Under the pieces are notes generated by a model. It was not told the DNA's origin, did no database searches, and was given only the letters and a program-made list of their open reading frames with translations. A stretch of 64,000 nucleotides of DNA from Octopus vulgaris (Eukaryota). Where the stretch lies: assembly GCA_951406725.2 (NCBI GenBank), contig OX597834.1, positions 14,880,001 to 14,944,000 of the forward strand, read 5' to 3'. Positions 41,791 to 54,636 of the stretch are shown here, piece by piece. Position 1 is the first letter of the stretch, and each line of letters begins with the position of its first letter. The position numbers and the translations under genes are program-made.

Positions 41791-42158
41791 GCATATGTAA
41801 ATAAACATGTGTGAGCGCTAGCATGATTGCTTATACATAAGATATACACTACGTAAAATTGCGATTTAGCCCTAAAAGACCCTGGTCAGTAAATTTTATA
41901 AATAGTTTTCCCCCATAGCCCCTTTCAAAGAACTAAAATGAAGGGTCTCTCTTTTACTCTCTTTTACTTCTTTCAGTCATTTTACTGCGGCCATGCTGGA
42001 GCACCGCCTTTAGTCGATCAAATCAACTCTAGGACTTATTCTTTCTATCGGTCTTTTTTTATCGAACCGCTAAGTTACGGGGGCGTAAACACACCACCAT
42101 CGGTTGTCAAGCGATGTTGGGGGGACAAACACAGACTCACAAATATATACACACACAT

Positions 42159-42211
<53 letters not shown>

Positions 42212-42376
42212 TATGACGGGCTTCCTTCAGTTTCCGTCTACCAAATCCACTCACAAGGCTTTGGTCGGCCCGAGGCTATAGTAGAAGACACTTGCCCAAG
42301 GTGCCACGCAGTGGGACTGAAACCGGAACCACGTGTTTCGTAAGCAAGCTACTTACCACACAGCCCCTCCTACGCC
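41041..42376 (-). mobile_element. Two SINE family A copies (41041-41447; 41948-42376) flanking a solo family C type 2 tail (about 41570-41760, +)
   Basis: Family A consensus; 41570-41760 matches about 56400-56585. Confidence 0.9.
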
Positions 42377-42705
42377 ATTTTAAACGCATTTCATTTTTCC
42401 AGTTCTGAAAGTAGACGCCCATTCGTATTTAACACTTGCTTTTGCTAATGCAAAAGCCATACACAGTATACTAAAGTCGGTGTGTGGATAAAAAGCGATG
42501 GCAATAGAAATTAATATTCTCTTCATTTGACAAACATTTTTCAGACTCATGATTCCTGCCAGAGACGAAACCATAAGTGGCTGTGAGACATTGGTAATCG
42601 AATAAGCACAATAATATATTATGGCATATTTTATGACACAAACAAACGGACAGGAACATGTCTACATATATATGTATAAATTTATACACACACACGTATA
42701 TATAT

Positions 42706-42759
<54 letters not shown>

Positions 42760-42786
42760 CAGACATATGTATGTATTAAGGATGGA

Positions 42787-42848
<62 letters not shown>

Positions 42849-42871
42849 CATATGTATGTATTAAGGATGGA

Positions 42872-42944
<73 letters not shown>

Positions 42945-43074
42945 ATGTACACAAACACATGTATGTATTGAGGATGAAGATATATATACATATATAAATA
43001 TACACACATATGTATGTATTAAGGATGAATATATATATATATATATATGTACACACACAAGTATGTATTAAGGA

Positions 43075-43080
<6 letters not shown>
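42760..43080. repeat. Compound minisatellite: five gtatgtatt(a/g)aggatg units separated by variable (TA)n
   Basis: Units at about 42769, 42854, 42961, 43012 and 43061. Confidence 0.9.
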
Positions 43081-43151
<71 letters not shown>

Positions 43152-43909
43152 ATATATATATAAATATGTATATTGACACAGATATTGATTTCTCTTCGGT
43201 TGGCTCAATATCAATCTATTTCTATTGGCAATATACATGCTTCAGAGAATCTACACCGTTATACTGCAGTAGTACATTGTTGTTGCCCAGTTCTTTCCAC
43301 ATCGGCACTAAACAGAACAGAGAAAAGAGAAACATACACGCATAAATAGCATCGTTTATATTCCAGAAGGCAAGCTCAGGGATTGTTTACTGTCTGTGTC
43401 ATCTATAAACCGCTGAAGCCCGCCGCTGCTACTTAATACCATATTGATTTATGACTGTTGTTTTATGTTATGTATTTGAAGACTGGATGCTTGTGAAATG
43501 GTCAAATACCGCATCGAATAATAGCTTTCAATTAGAAATATTCGAAACCTCTCCAACGTAAGCCATTCGACATCGCTATCGTTTCTGTTTGTTGTGATGT
43601 CGTGTCACGTCAATGCTTATTACCGTTAAACTTTCTGGCTCAGTGCGGTCTTGAATTTCGTACAAATTACAAACAAGCGTTAATGACTAAACTGCTTCCA
43701 TGTGATTCGTGAACCTGCTAGTAAGAATAGCTAAATCCCTTACACAATTCACAGATTTTTGTTGTAAACGCGATGTGTCCGTTACATGATGTAAGTACTG
43801 TGATTGCCACAGAATGTCGGTGTTGCCGCTGTGAAGCAACACTTAACTCAAGACCACGTCGTTGGGAAAGAAGCTTCTCTTCTTAACCACACCTATACCC
43901 GCACACATG

Positions 43910-43948
<39 letters not shown>

Positions 43949-44392
43949 GGAGTAGATGAAACAGAGGCAGCTGAAGAAGGGGAATGTTCCTTGTGTTGTA
44001 TATCTTGTACTTATTTTTTTGTTGTTTAAGAAAAAGTCCATTTCCTTGGTTTTGTGTTTATGTTTTCGTTTCTCATTGTATTCGACGTTATTTTGGTGTC
44101 CTGTACCCATATATGCATGTATATATATACATATAGATGTAGGTACATACATATATGTATGTATATATGCATATGTTTTATTTATCATTTTGTTATATAT
44201 ATACGTATATATACCTATATATATGCAACAAAATGACCAAGGGAGTAATAGTTTTGAGTTTCAGTGGGATTACAAGTTCCCGTGGGATCCCCGCTCGCGT
44301 GCATAGACGAGGGATGCGGTGAGTGCGTTCGGCGATGCCAGCTTAAACCATTCCGGGTAAACGCCGCTGAGAGTAAGAGTAACGTGATGAAC

Positions 44393-45590
44393 AATACCAT
44401 TATCAATAACTGTATGTAAAATAGGTTGGCCCCAAATCGGTCTCTCATTGTGCTAGAAAAAGCACTTAATAGAACTGGAGATATTGAAGAATTCGGTTAA
44501 TCCAGCCTACCATTATCAGCGTTGTATATGATATTTGGCGTCGGGATGTCGCTGACCAAGCAGAATGGTTTCTGTATCGAACACAATACTGAGCAGCATT
44601 TCTTCCAACACATTACACCCTTAATTCTAATCCCGCTGCTATCATATTTGCCTTTCATCCATTTGGAGTTGCTAAAATAATTACCAGTTGAACAGTGTAT
44701 TCCACAATCGCCATGCCCTCAAATTCGCTTGTCTTGTGCCAAAATTAGAAAGAATTATGTATGTTACTGTTATTATCTTGCAACTAGTCTCTGAGAGAAT
44801 AATTAATGTCCAACAAATTTCATTACTGTATTTTTCTGGTTGCTTACGTTCCAAGGCCCAATCCTGCCTGGTGCTTTGAATTTTGTCTTTCATGTTTCCG
44901 AGGTCGACACTGTAAAATATTGCCTTTGGGCGAGATTCTCATTCCTAGCGTTGGAATGAGTACTCATTCCGTACTCAGTTGCCATGCGAGTACTTCGTTT
45001 TCCCAAGAAAAACATTCGCAGCTGTATGAACAGCAGGTAATTGTTGCATGGCAACTGTCATTGTACATTTTAAAAAAAGTACTTTCTTGAGCAAGAATTT
45101 GAACAGAGATATTTATGGTGCACCGACATAAATACGTTTGGCCGACAAACATCTCAAGTCCGCCTGTAAAAGTTCTCATCACCTGCAGAATTTCAAATCA
45201 GGTACTTAATACCAATATCAATAACTGTATGTAAAATAGGTTGACCCCAAATCGGTCTCTCATTGTGCTAGAAAAAGCACTTAATAGAACTGGAGATATT
45301 GAAGAATTCGGTTAATCCAACCCACCATTATCAGCGTTATTTATTATATTTGGCGTCGGAATGTCGCTGACCAAGCAGAATCGTTTCTGTATCAAACACA
45401 ATACTAGGCAGCACTTTTTCCAACGCATTACCCCCTTAATTCTAATCCCGCTGCTATCATATTTGCCTTTCATCCATTTGGCATTGCTAAAATAATTACC
45501 AGTTGAGCAGTGTATTCCACAAACGCCATGCCCCCAAATTCGCTTGTCTTGTGCCAAAATTAGAAAGAATTGTGTATTTACTGGTACTAT
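44393..45590 (+). repeat. Local direct duplication of about 380 bp (44393-44775 / 45208-45590), containing an old SINE B remnant
   Basis: Colinear high-identity copies at an 815-bp offset. Confidence 0.93.
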
Positions 45591-45679
45591 GACGTCGATA
45601 TGTTCTACATCGTAACTCACATTTTATACATTAAAAACATTGGTGATAGTTTCTTGGAAAAATGTTTTACATGTTTTAT

Positions 45680-45945
45680 TCCTCGGACTGGTTTTGTTCC
45701 TTTTCGAGCCATGCTTGGCTTATTAGGGCCGGTTTCCGGTTTCCTTGGCGTATAGGTTCCCCACCTGGACGGGACGCCGGTCCCTCGCAGGTGAGCTGCA
45801 AGATGCAGGAGGAAAGAGTGAAAGAATGTTGTGGCGAAAGAGTCAGCAGAAATTCGCCATTACCTTCTGCCGGAGCCGCGTGGAGCCACTCATAAACACA
45901 CACAACGCTCTGTCTGATATTCGAACCCGTGATCCCTCGACCGCT
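45680..45945 (-). mobile_element. SINE family C, tail type 3 (solo tail at about 52250-52312)
   Basis: Family C body followed by tatacgccaaggaaaccggaaaccgg tail. Confidence 0.85.
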
Positions 45946-45960
45946 TGTTTTATATATGAA

Positions 45961-46305
45961 TCTCCAGCCTTCTTCAGGGCTTATGGCGTAGTGGTTAAGA
46001 ACGCGGGCTACTAACCCCAAGATTCCGAGTTCGATTCCACACGATTCAATAGCTCAATAAAACCTGTTTTGTTTTCTATAGATTCTTTACGTTTGTTTTT
46101 CAAAGATAGAAAAAAAATCTCAGAACTGTATGAAACTAATAATAATAATAATAATATCGAAAAGTACCTTAGGAATGAGAACCCAGTTTCGAAATTTCCC
46201 CAAGCCACCTGAAGAATCCTTGAGGGTTTATCAGCCGAAACGATGTGTTAACAACAAACGATATGAGGACAAATATACGTCGAATATAAGTAATGTAAAT
46301 AATCT
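45961..46305 (+). mobile_element. Candidate tRNA-head / hammerhead-tail SINE (head 45980-46039; 100-bp interruption; HHR-like 46205-46248)
   Basis: A box tggcgtagtgg (45984-45994) and B box gagttcgattcc (46027-46038); downstream cac-CTGAAGA..cagcc-GAAAC-gat/gtg; inverted HHR fragment at 45961-45978. Confidence 0.6.
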
Positions 46306-47587
46306 TTACTGGAGTCAGCAAAATGTCTTTCAGTTGGTTTACGATGTCTCTGGTGCCATCTCGTATTGGACCCTCACATTTCTAAGACATATAATGCGTC
46401 TATGGAGAGCAGGACCCTGCTTCGTGACCAACCCACAGAACACATTAAAGGAAAATATTTTCTTACGCCTGCGCTTGAACAGAACCATTATCAGTGTGTA
46501 TACTCAGCTGCCCTTTACTGACCGATGCCTTAAGCATTTCCATGAAAAATCACAGAACTTCCAAGATATGAAAAAAACAATTTTCTTCCTTTATCTCCTA
46601 GCTGCTCGTGCTGAAGCATCATGTACTGAATCACAAAAGACATTTTATATGTTACTATCATTCTTCGTTATTTATTTTTCTGTCGTTGGAAAAGTTGCTT
46701 TTATGTTTTACATTTGTTTTTGTCTTTATTTTCCTTATTTATTTTGTCGTGGTTTTGGGATGAGAAATCTCACTAAACATCAAATGTTCTACCTTCGCTT
46801 GACATTAAATCGTCTCTGTAGGTGTATACAGAAACATCAATGTGCTAAGCAGGTAATATAATTAAATGTTGGAAAACACACACGATTCAATAGCTCAATA
46901 AAACCTGTTTTGTTTTCTATAGATTCTTTACTTTTGTTTATCAGAGATAAAAAAAAATACCTTAGAACTGTATGAAACTAATCCATGTTAACTGATAGCG
47001 TGATATTCGAGGAAACCAAAAGTAAAATTGAATTACACAAGTCTTGTACGCCCACACGTTAGCATTTCGTTCATTTTTGTTGAGAATTCATTTAGGTATT
47101 CTTCAGTACATTTCTCTGCGTAAGGATATTCTGTAACAATAAATTTAATGATCTTAAATTACAAGTTGACGCTGGCTAATTATAGTTCTATTTTCTAGTT
47201 TCTTTGGGTTTTTTTTTGTTATTTTAAAAATATTTTAAAACTTTATCGATTATATGTATCTTAGTATTCAATAATGGGTTTTCTAAAAAGAAATTCTGTC
47301 CATTCCAACCACTAAAATTCGGTTCATATTTTCTTTTTCATTTCCCCTGCTTTTTTAGTCGGTTTCGGCTATTTTACTTCTAGACATTCGGAATTAATCA
47401 AAATTTGTTATTTGTTACTTAATCAAATGTTTGTTTTATATTTAAAATTCTCTTAATTATTTCCCTCATTAGAAAACGGCGATGTTAGGTTACCACTTCC
47501 AAGACATTTAATCGTACATATCAAACCACTAGAAATTGTCACCCATAATTATGACCCTAGAATCGATTTATTGCATTTCAATCGCTT

Positions 47588-47623
47588 TTAGGGTTAGGGT
47601 TAGGGTTAGGGATAGGGGAAGGG
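47588..47623 (+). repeat. Interstitial telomere-like (TTAGGG)4 plus two variant units
   Basis: ttagggttagggttagggttagggataggggaaggg. Confidence 0.9.
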
Positions 47624-48479
47624 TATCTTTTTTCTTCACAAATGTAAATAAACCCAATCTGTTTCTTAAACGAAGGACATATTCATACGGCACAGAATGC
47701 TTTTTAACTCAATAGACGTCACTGATTGGTTGAAATTGCAGAAATTGAAGAAAGAAATAACAACTATCTTACAAACTATAGAATTTTATCAATAAAGGCA
47801 AGATAAAAAGATGTTTTATAAACACATTCTACCAGTATACGAAGTTTAAAATTGTTTAATTACCTAGAAATTATGTAAAAAACTGCCGTTCAAATCGAAA
47901 ATATTCCACGCATTTTCAATTGGTGCTGTATAAAGTATTTAAAGATTAAATTGCTAAGAAAAGAAAATCCTGATATGCCGGACTAAATCCAGTGGTCGGG
48001 GGAAGAGTGACGAAATTGAGGGGGGAAAATCAAGGACAGATAGAGAAGCAATGAGGGACGTGTGGGTGTGACTGTGTTTGTGTGTGTGTGTGTGTGTGTG
48101 TGCGTGTGTGTGAATGCATATATATACATGTTTGTCGAGGAATAGTACATAATTATCATAAAAGCATTCACACTTTATAACATTTACCCAACAACAACAG
48201 ATATATAATTTTGACGAAACAATTCATTATTAATTTCTCCAAATTCCATTCAATTTTCTTTTATTGCTGAAAATTTTAAAAGACGACCGAATCTGACGAT
48301 TGTAATTATAATATAAATAAAGCACGGAAGTGTGAAAATAATGTTTTGGAATATAGAATTACCAAAACCCCAAAAAAAGGGGAAAGCAAGAATTAAAATT
48401 CAAAACTCTATCTCTAAAACTATCTTCAAAATACAATTGCGTACTGTATTTTTCATGTTCCACCAAAACTACATTAAGT

Positions 48480-48519
48480 TTTATCATCATCATCTTCATC
48501 ATCATCATCGTTATTATTA

Positions 48520-48590
<71 letters not shown>

Positions 48591-48672
48591 GTTGTTGTTG
48601 TTATTATTATTATTGTTATTATTATTATTATTATTATTGTTATTATTATTATCATTATTATTATTATTATTT

Positions 48673-48742
<70 letters not shown>

Positions 48743-48770
48743 TATTATTATTATTATTATTATTATCTTT
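48480..48770. repeat. (TAT)n/(CAT)n microsatellite
   Basis: Direct reading. Confidence 0.96.
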
Positions 48771-48948
48771 ATTTCTTTATAATTATTATGTTTATCAAAA
48801 TCATTCAAGATTACAAAGCTTTAAAAGAATACAAATTGATAGAAGTTATATAGATAGAGCCTGGAATTGTTACTAAATTTCATGCTTACTTTTTTTCCTT
48901 TCCCAAACGTTTGTCTATATGCTTGTGTATGTATGTATGTATGCACGT

Positions 48949-48990
<42 letters not shown>

Positions 48991-49181
48991 GTATGTATGT
49001 ATGTATGTATGTATGCATGTATGTATGTATGTATGTGTGTATGCATGTATGTATGTATGTTGTGTGTGTGTATGTATGTATGCATGTATGTATGTATATG
49101 TGCTTGTACGTATGTGCCTATATATATATTTTACAGTAAATATCGGTGCCTCGTTGTACCATTAATTTACTTTTATATATA

Positions 49182-49218
<37 letters not shown>

Positions 49219-49234
49219 GTATACGTATATATAC

Positions 49235-49292
<58 letters not shown>

Positions 49293-49600
49293 GTATATAT
49301 AATCATATTGTTTTACATTTATTAAATTCGATTTTGCGTTGTTTCGATTGTGTTTTTCTCTTTAGCTTCTCGTTAAATACGACCGTATTGTCACTTATCT
49401 ACGTGTCACTTCTTCCTGTCGTGACGACTGTAAATAAAAGATAATGCGTTCCCACCGTTTACTATAAACAATTGCTAAGCGCTACATTACGCTGTTATCT
49501 ACGCTGAATTTATATATTTAAACGCTGTTGAATGGTTCTATGTGGAACAGCTAGTATATAGCTTATGAATTCCGTTTCAGAACCGGTTTAAATTTAAACC

Positions 49601-49833
49601 TATTTCTTTATTACCCACAAGGGGCTTAAACACAGAGAGGACAAACAAGGACAGACAAACGGATCAAGTCGATTACATCGACTCCAGTGCGTAACTGGTA
49701 CTTATTTAATCGACCCCGAAAGGATGAAAGGCAAAGTCGACCTCGGCGGAATTTGAACTCAGAACGTAACGGCAGACGAAATACGGTTACGCATATCGCC
49801 CGGCGTGCTAACCTTTCTGCCAACTCGCCGCCC
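49601..49833 (-). mobile_element. SINE family B, full length with 14-bp target-site duplication
   Basis: TSD tttaaatttaaacc at 49587-49600 and 49834-49847. Confidence 0.95.
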
Positions 49834-49971
49834 TTTAAATTTAAACCATTTCTCTGTTCCTCTCAATGGGACTAGCTAAGAAATTGCTGTTAACATTTTC
49901 ACTTCATTATTATGTTTTTGCGCTTCTCGTTTATTTGGCAAGGGGCAGCGGCGTAGCTAATAAGAGAAGCA

Positions 49972-50203
49972 GGGCGGCGAGCTGGCAGAAACGTTAGCAC
50001 GCCGGGCGAAATGCGTAGCTGTATTTCGTCTGTCGACACGTTCCGAGTTCAAATTCCTCTGGGGTCGACTTCGCCTTTCATCCTCTCGGGGTCGATAAAT
50101 TAATTACCAGTTACGCACTGGGGTCGATGTAATCGACTTAATCCGTTTGTCTGTCCTTGTTTGTCCCCTCTGTGTGTAGCCCCTTGTGGGTAGTAAAGAA
50201 AAA
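49972..50203 (+). mobile_element. SINE family B, full length with 14-bp target-site duplication (1 mismatch)
   Basis: taataagagaagca (49958-49971) / taataagggaagca (50204-50217). Confidence 0.95.
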
Positions 50204-50619
50204 TAATAAGGGAAGCAAGGAAGCGATCCCAAACACGAGCACTTTTTTGATATTTGGCGCCTTGTCAACCTTTCTTTTTATTTTAGTTCATTTGTGTCAT
50301 AAAATTCAACTTATTTTGTCCTTTTTCTGTTTTTTTGTTAATCGCATGGCTTTGAAGAAATTTCCGGAACCATTGCTTTATTTGATCGACCTTCCGTGTA
50401 TTTGAACTGTCTGCACAATCACCGGTGTTGTGTTGGTGGCTGCGGATATCTGAAGAATCAGAACAAACCCTGATGTCATAGACTCTTGACACTGAACGAT
50501 CCCGTGGAGTTTCAACTTTTTCACGTCAAAACTAATGAGTAGTTGCAAGTTTCATACGGAATGAGATCGTTGCTTAAACATGAAATTAGTGAATGTAGAA
50601 TACAATTATATTATAATAA

Positions 50620-50996
50620 ATAAGCAAATACAATCATTCATCAATAGATGCTTGCGTAGTATACTTAAAATTAGATGGCCCGAACGCATGAGCAATATGG
50701 AGCTGTGGCAAAGAACAAATCAAGTTTCGATTAGGGAGAAAATATTTAAGAGAAAGTGGAAGTGGATTGGTGGAAGCACAATTAGAAAAGACACGCCAAA
50801 TGTAGCGAAAATTGCTTTACAGTGGAATCCGGATGGATATAGAAAGAAAGGTAGGCCTGAGAGCTCGTGGCGGAGATCATCACAAAAGGAACTAGAGAAA
50901 GGGATACATTCATGGCAGAGTATAAGTACAGAAGCGAAAAATTATGCGACATGGAATTCAATTATAAGTGGCCTATACTCTGCGTTGGAGGGTTAA
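50620..50996 (+). mobile_element. RTE-clade LINE ORF2 C-terminus (5'-truncated)
   Basis: QSFINRCLRSILKIRWPERMSNMELWQRT..RKWKWIG..ALQWNPDGYRKKGRP..W is the typical RTE C-terminal signature. Confidence 0.9.
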
Positions 50997-51679
50997 AGGC
51001 AGAAAAAATATTGTAATCAATGGAATATTTCGCGTAACAAAAAAGAAATGAGTTCAACACTATTTGGTATTTGCCATAGCACCTTTTCATTTATGTCTTC
51101 GCTCTCAAATACTTTAGAACCTATCTATGCCTTTGCGAAATGGTGGAATGGATGAAACCAAACACTGATTTGTTTCGGTTGTGTTAAACGTCCTCAGCTC
51201 AAGTATACACTACTAAAGAAAACGACACAGTGTATGACTACATATACTTCTCTTTACAAGACAGCTAGACAATTATTTCTTTTATGAAACCCGCTAACAA
51301 TGTGAGCTTCTAGAGAAAGCAGGAAGCTGTTCCTTCGAATGAATCGTATATAAAATGAAGAGCAGAATATATTCGTAAACATCACATGAACTGTCTCGAC
51401 AATCAGATGTTATGTGAAGGAGGCTTCATTCGAGTCAATAGTTAAATAACATCTGCGGAGACATTTAATATTAATGTAGATATAAATGTATTCTAATCTA
51501 TTATGCATTTTACATTGTGTTCATATTATAAATTTATACACTTATATTGAAAGCAACAACGCTATATATCTGTGTGAGTCTTTACATGTCTATTTATCTA
51601 TCTTCCTTTCTTTCTTTCTATCTATCTATCTATCTATATTTCTATTCATCTATATCTTTAACTATGAGTGTGTGTATAC

Positions 51680-51756
<77 letters not shown>

Positions 51757-51892
51757 TGTGTGTAAGTGTGTGCGTGCGTGGGTATGTATGTTTGTACGGA
51801 TGTATATATGTGTGTAAACTTTACATGTACCACATCCTCACATTGTAGGTTTTGTGTTTGTTATTTTTGGGGGATTTACGATATATATATAC

Positions 51893-51941
<49 letters not shown>

Positions 51942-52130
51942 AAGAAAGAGAGAGAGAGAGAGAGAGAGTGGTTGTATACTGTCAACTTAACGTGACAGTC
52001 CTGTAAGGGAATTACACCACCGGTGTTTAGCCCAAGGAAACATCGACGCTTCCTGTCGGCCTTGACACATTTCCTGTGTCCTTATATATTTACGAAAGGG
52101 AGACAAACACCCCCAACAGCGAGGCCTGCA

Positions 52131-52176
52131 TCTAGAGACATGCATGTTTCTAGGTCTTGCCCATCATCAGTCTAGA
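52131..52176 (-). ncRNA. Minimal type I hammerhead ribozyme, apparently intact
   Basis: tctaga-CTGATGA-tggg(caaga)ccta-GAAA-catgcatg-TC/tctaga: 6-bp stem I, 4-bp stem II, palindromic ACATGCATGT stem III and GUC triplet. Confidence 0.9.
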
Positions 52177-53041
52177 GTAGCAGAGGCCTGCTAGCTGAAG
52201 ATATTTGTCTAGACTTCGTAAAGATATATATAAATATAAATATATATATATACGCCAAGGAAACCGGGAAACCGGTTCTATGAGCCAGGCGTGGCTCGAG
52301 AAGACACAAACAACAAAACGTATATTATTATCTATGGATTGGTATAGAAAAGTTTTATTCACTAATAATATCGAAAAGATTTGTTTATATTGTGGAGAAA
52401 GCTTAAAAAATAAAAATATGTATATATATGTGTATGTATGCATGTGTGTCTGTGTGTGTTTATGTGTGCAGGCAAGATATACGGAATCCAGTTGATTCGC
52501 ATTTTAAATCGACATGTACAGGTTGATTAAAGGTAAATGACCTTTACGTCAGAGATATGTGAACTCGATACGAAATATTCATCAATAAATATCGATACTT
52601 TAACATATTCGGTATTTGTACAAACAATCATAATGTATTACGGAGATGTACTTGCATAGTAAGTGACCTGACCTGAGGTCGTGTGCTGGAACTCTTTAAT
52701 GTAAACGACAGATAAGTAAAGGAGTGACACCAAACGGCTTAGGAACCATGGCATTTGCCTCTGTTGATCTCTGTTTATCCGACTGAAAAGTCATATTTAA
52801 ATAAATATAGCATAAGTTATCTTACTACGCATCCTACCTCTACAGCTTATTGAAGAATGCAAGTTGTAGTTACAGTGATTTGATTACATGGTATATGACA
52901 AAATCTTCAACAATAACTGATAGGTACAGATATGTGTGTCGATAAAATGTGGAGTAAATATACGACGCAAAGATGTCGACGGGCGTGACACCGTCTGTCT
53001 CATTCTTTGTCGCCTTTTATGAATTTTTCTCTCAATTATAT

Positions 53042-53198
<157 letters not shown>

Positions 53199-53503
53199 GT
53201 ATGTATATATGTATGTATGGATGGATGAATGTTTGTATGCATGAATATATGTATGTATATGTGTGTGTGTGTCTGTGTGTGTGTGTATGAATGCATCTAT
53301 GCATGTATATAGCGAGCGAAATAGAGAGTTAGGTGAGATTAAGGGGGAGAGATGAATAGAAATAGAGGAAGAAAGGAAAAGCGAGAATATCTTCTATTGC
53401 GTATACAGATACACACACACACAAACACACACTTGCATACTACACACACACACTCACACGCACATTCTTATATATACAGAGATAGAGAAATACATAAATA
53501 CTT

Positions 53504-53576
<73 letters not shown>

Positions 53577-53577
53577 C

Positions 53578-53808
53578 AGGCAGCGAGCTGGTAGAAACGT
53601 TAGCACGCCGGGCGACATGCGTAGCCGTATTTCGTCTGTCGTTACGTTCCGAGTTCAAATTCTGCCGAGGTCGACTTTGCCTTTCATCCTTTCGGGGTCG
53701 ATAAATTAAGTACCAGTTACGCACTGGGGTTGATATAATCGACTTAATTCCTTTGTCTGTCCTTGTTTGTCCTCTCTGTGTTTAGCCCCTTATGGGTAGT
53801 AAAGAAAT
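53578..53808 (+). mobile_element. SINE family B, full length
   Basis: Head, B box gagttcaaattc, central domain and tail. Confidence 0.94.
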
Positions 53809-54054
53809 ATATATATATATACATATGTGCGTGTGTGTATATAGGTTGATAGATATAGATATGTTCAACACGTAAACAATGCATATGGCATATATCGATA
53901 CGTGTGTATAGAAATATAAATCTGTGTACACACGAACAAATAGGCATATACACGCACGCACAACCACACACATATACATACATATATATATGCATATATA
54001 TATATATCTATATATATACATATATATATATATGTATATATATACATATATATG

Positions 54055-54085
<31 letters not shown>

Positions 54086-54126
54086 GTATGTATGTATGTA
54101 TATATGTATGTACGCATGTATATAAA

Positions 54127-54167
<41 letters not shown>

Positions 54168-54189
54168 CATATATATATGCATATATATA

Positions 54190-54301
<112 letters not shown>

Positions 54302-54603
54302 TAGTTAGTTATGTGGGTACGTGTCTTAGTTTTCTGAACGTCTATAGGGAACTGGTGAATGAATTGATAAATTGATTCACAGGAGATTAGTTCTATTCGA
54401 ATAGTGTCGCCATAAAGCTGATAACATGACAACAATGCCCAGCGTAAATTTAAAAGAATTTTTGAAAAAAAATAATAGTATAAATCATTATTAAATCTCA
54501 AACAAAAATGATGTCAGCATATGTATGTGTATATGTGTGTATGTTTGTGTGAGTGTGTATGTTTATATGTCAATGTTTGTGTCTACATATATCTGTATGT
54601 ATG

Positions 54604-54636
<33 letters not shown>

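Noticed and set aside
42760-43080. Repeat-spacer-like array resembling CRISPR (also about 7295-7490)
   Set aside because: Spacers are just variable (TA)n, the context is eukaryotic and there are no cas genes; it is a compound minisatellite.
44215-44448. Minus-strand ORF with a signal-peptide-like start (MVLFITLLLLSAAF...)
   Set aside because: Short, begins at a duplication boundary, ends in a microsatellite, and has no recognisable homology or splice support.
46130-46861. 243-aa ORF
   Set aside because: Starts in (AAT)n, runs through a repeat module and T-rich sequence, and has no motif; likely chance.
50580-50996. 138-aa ORF as a host gene
   Set aside because: It is the C-terminus of an RTE LINE ORF2; the N-terminal residues come from flanking DNA.
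51160-51200. Weak CTGAGGA..GAAA match on the minus strand (similar ones near 16790-16815 and 58120-58155)
   Set aside because: No convincing stems or palindromic stem III; expected by chance.
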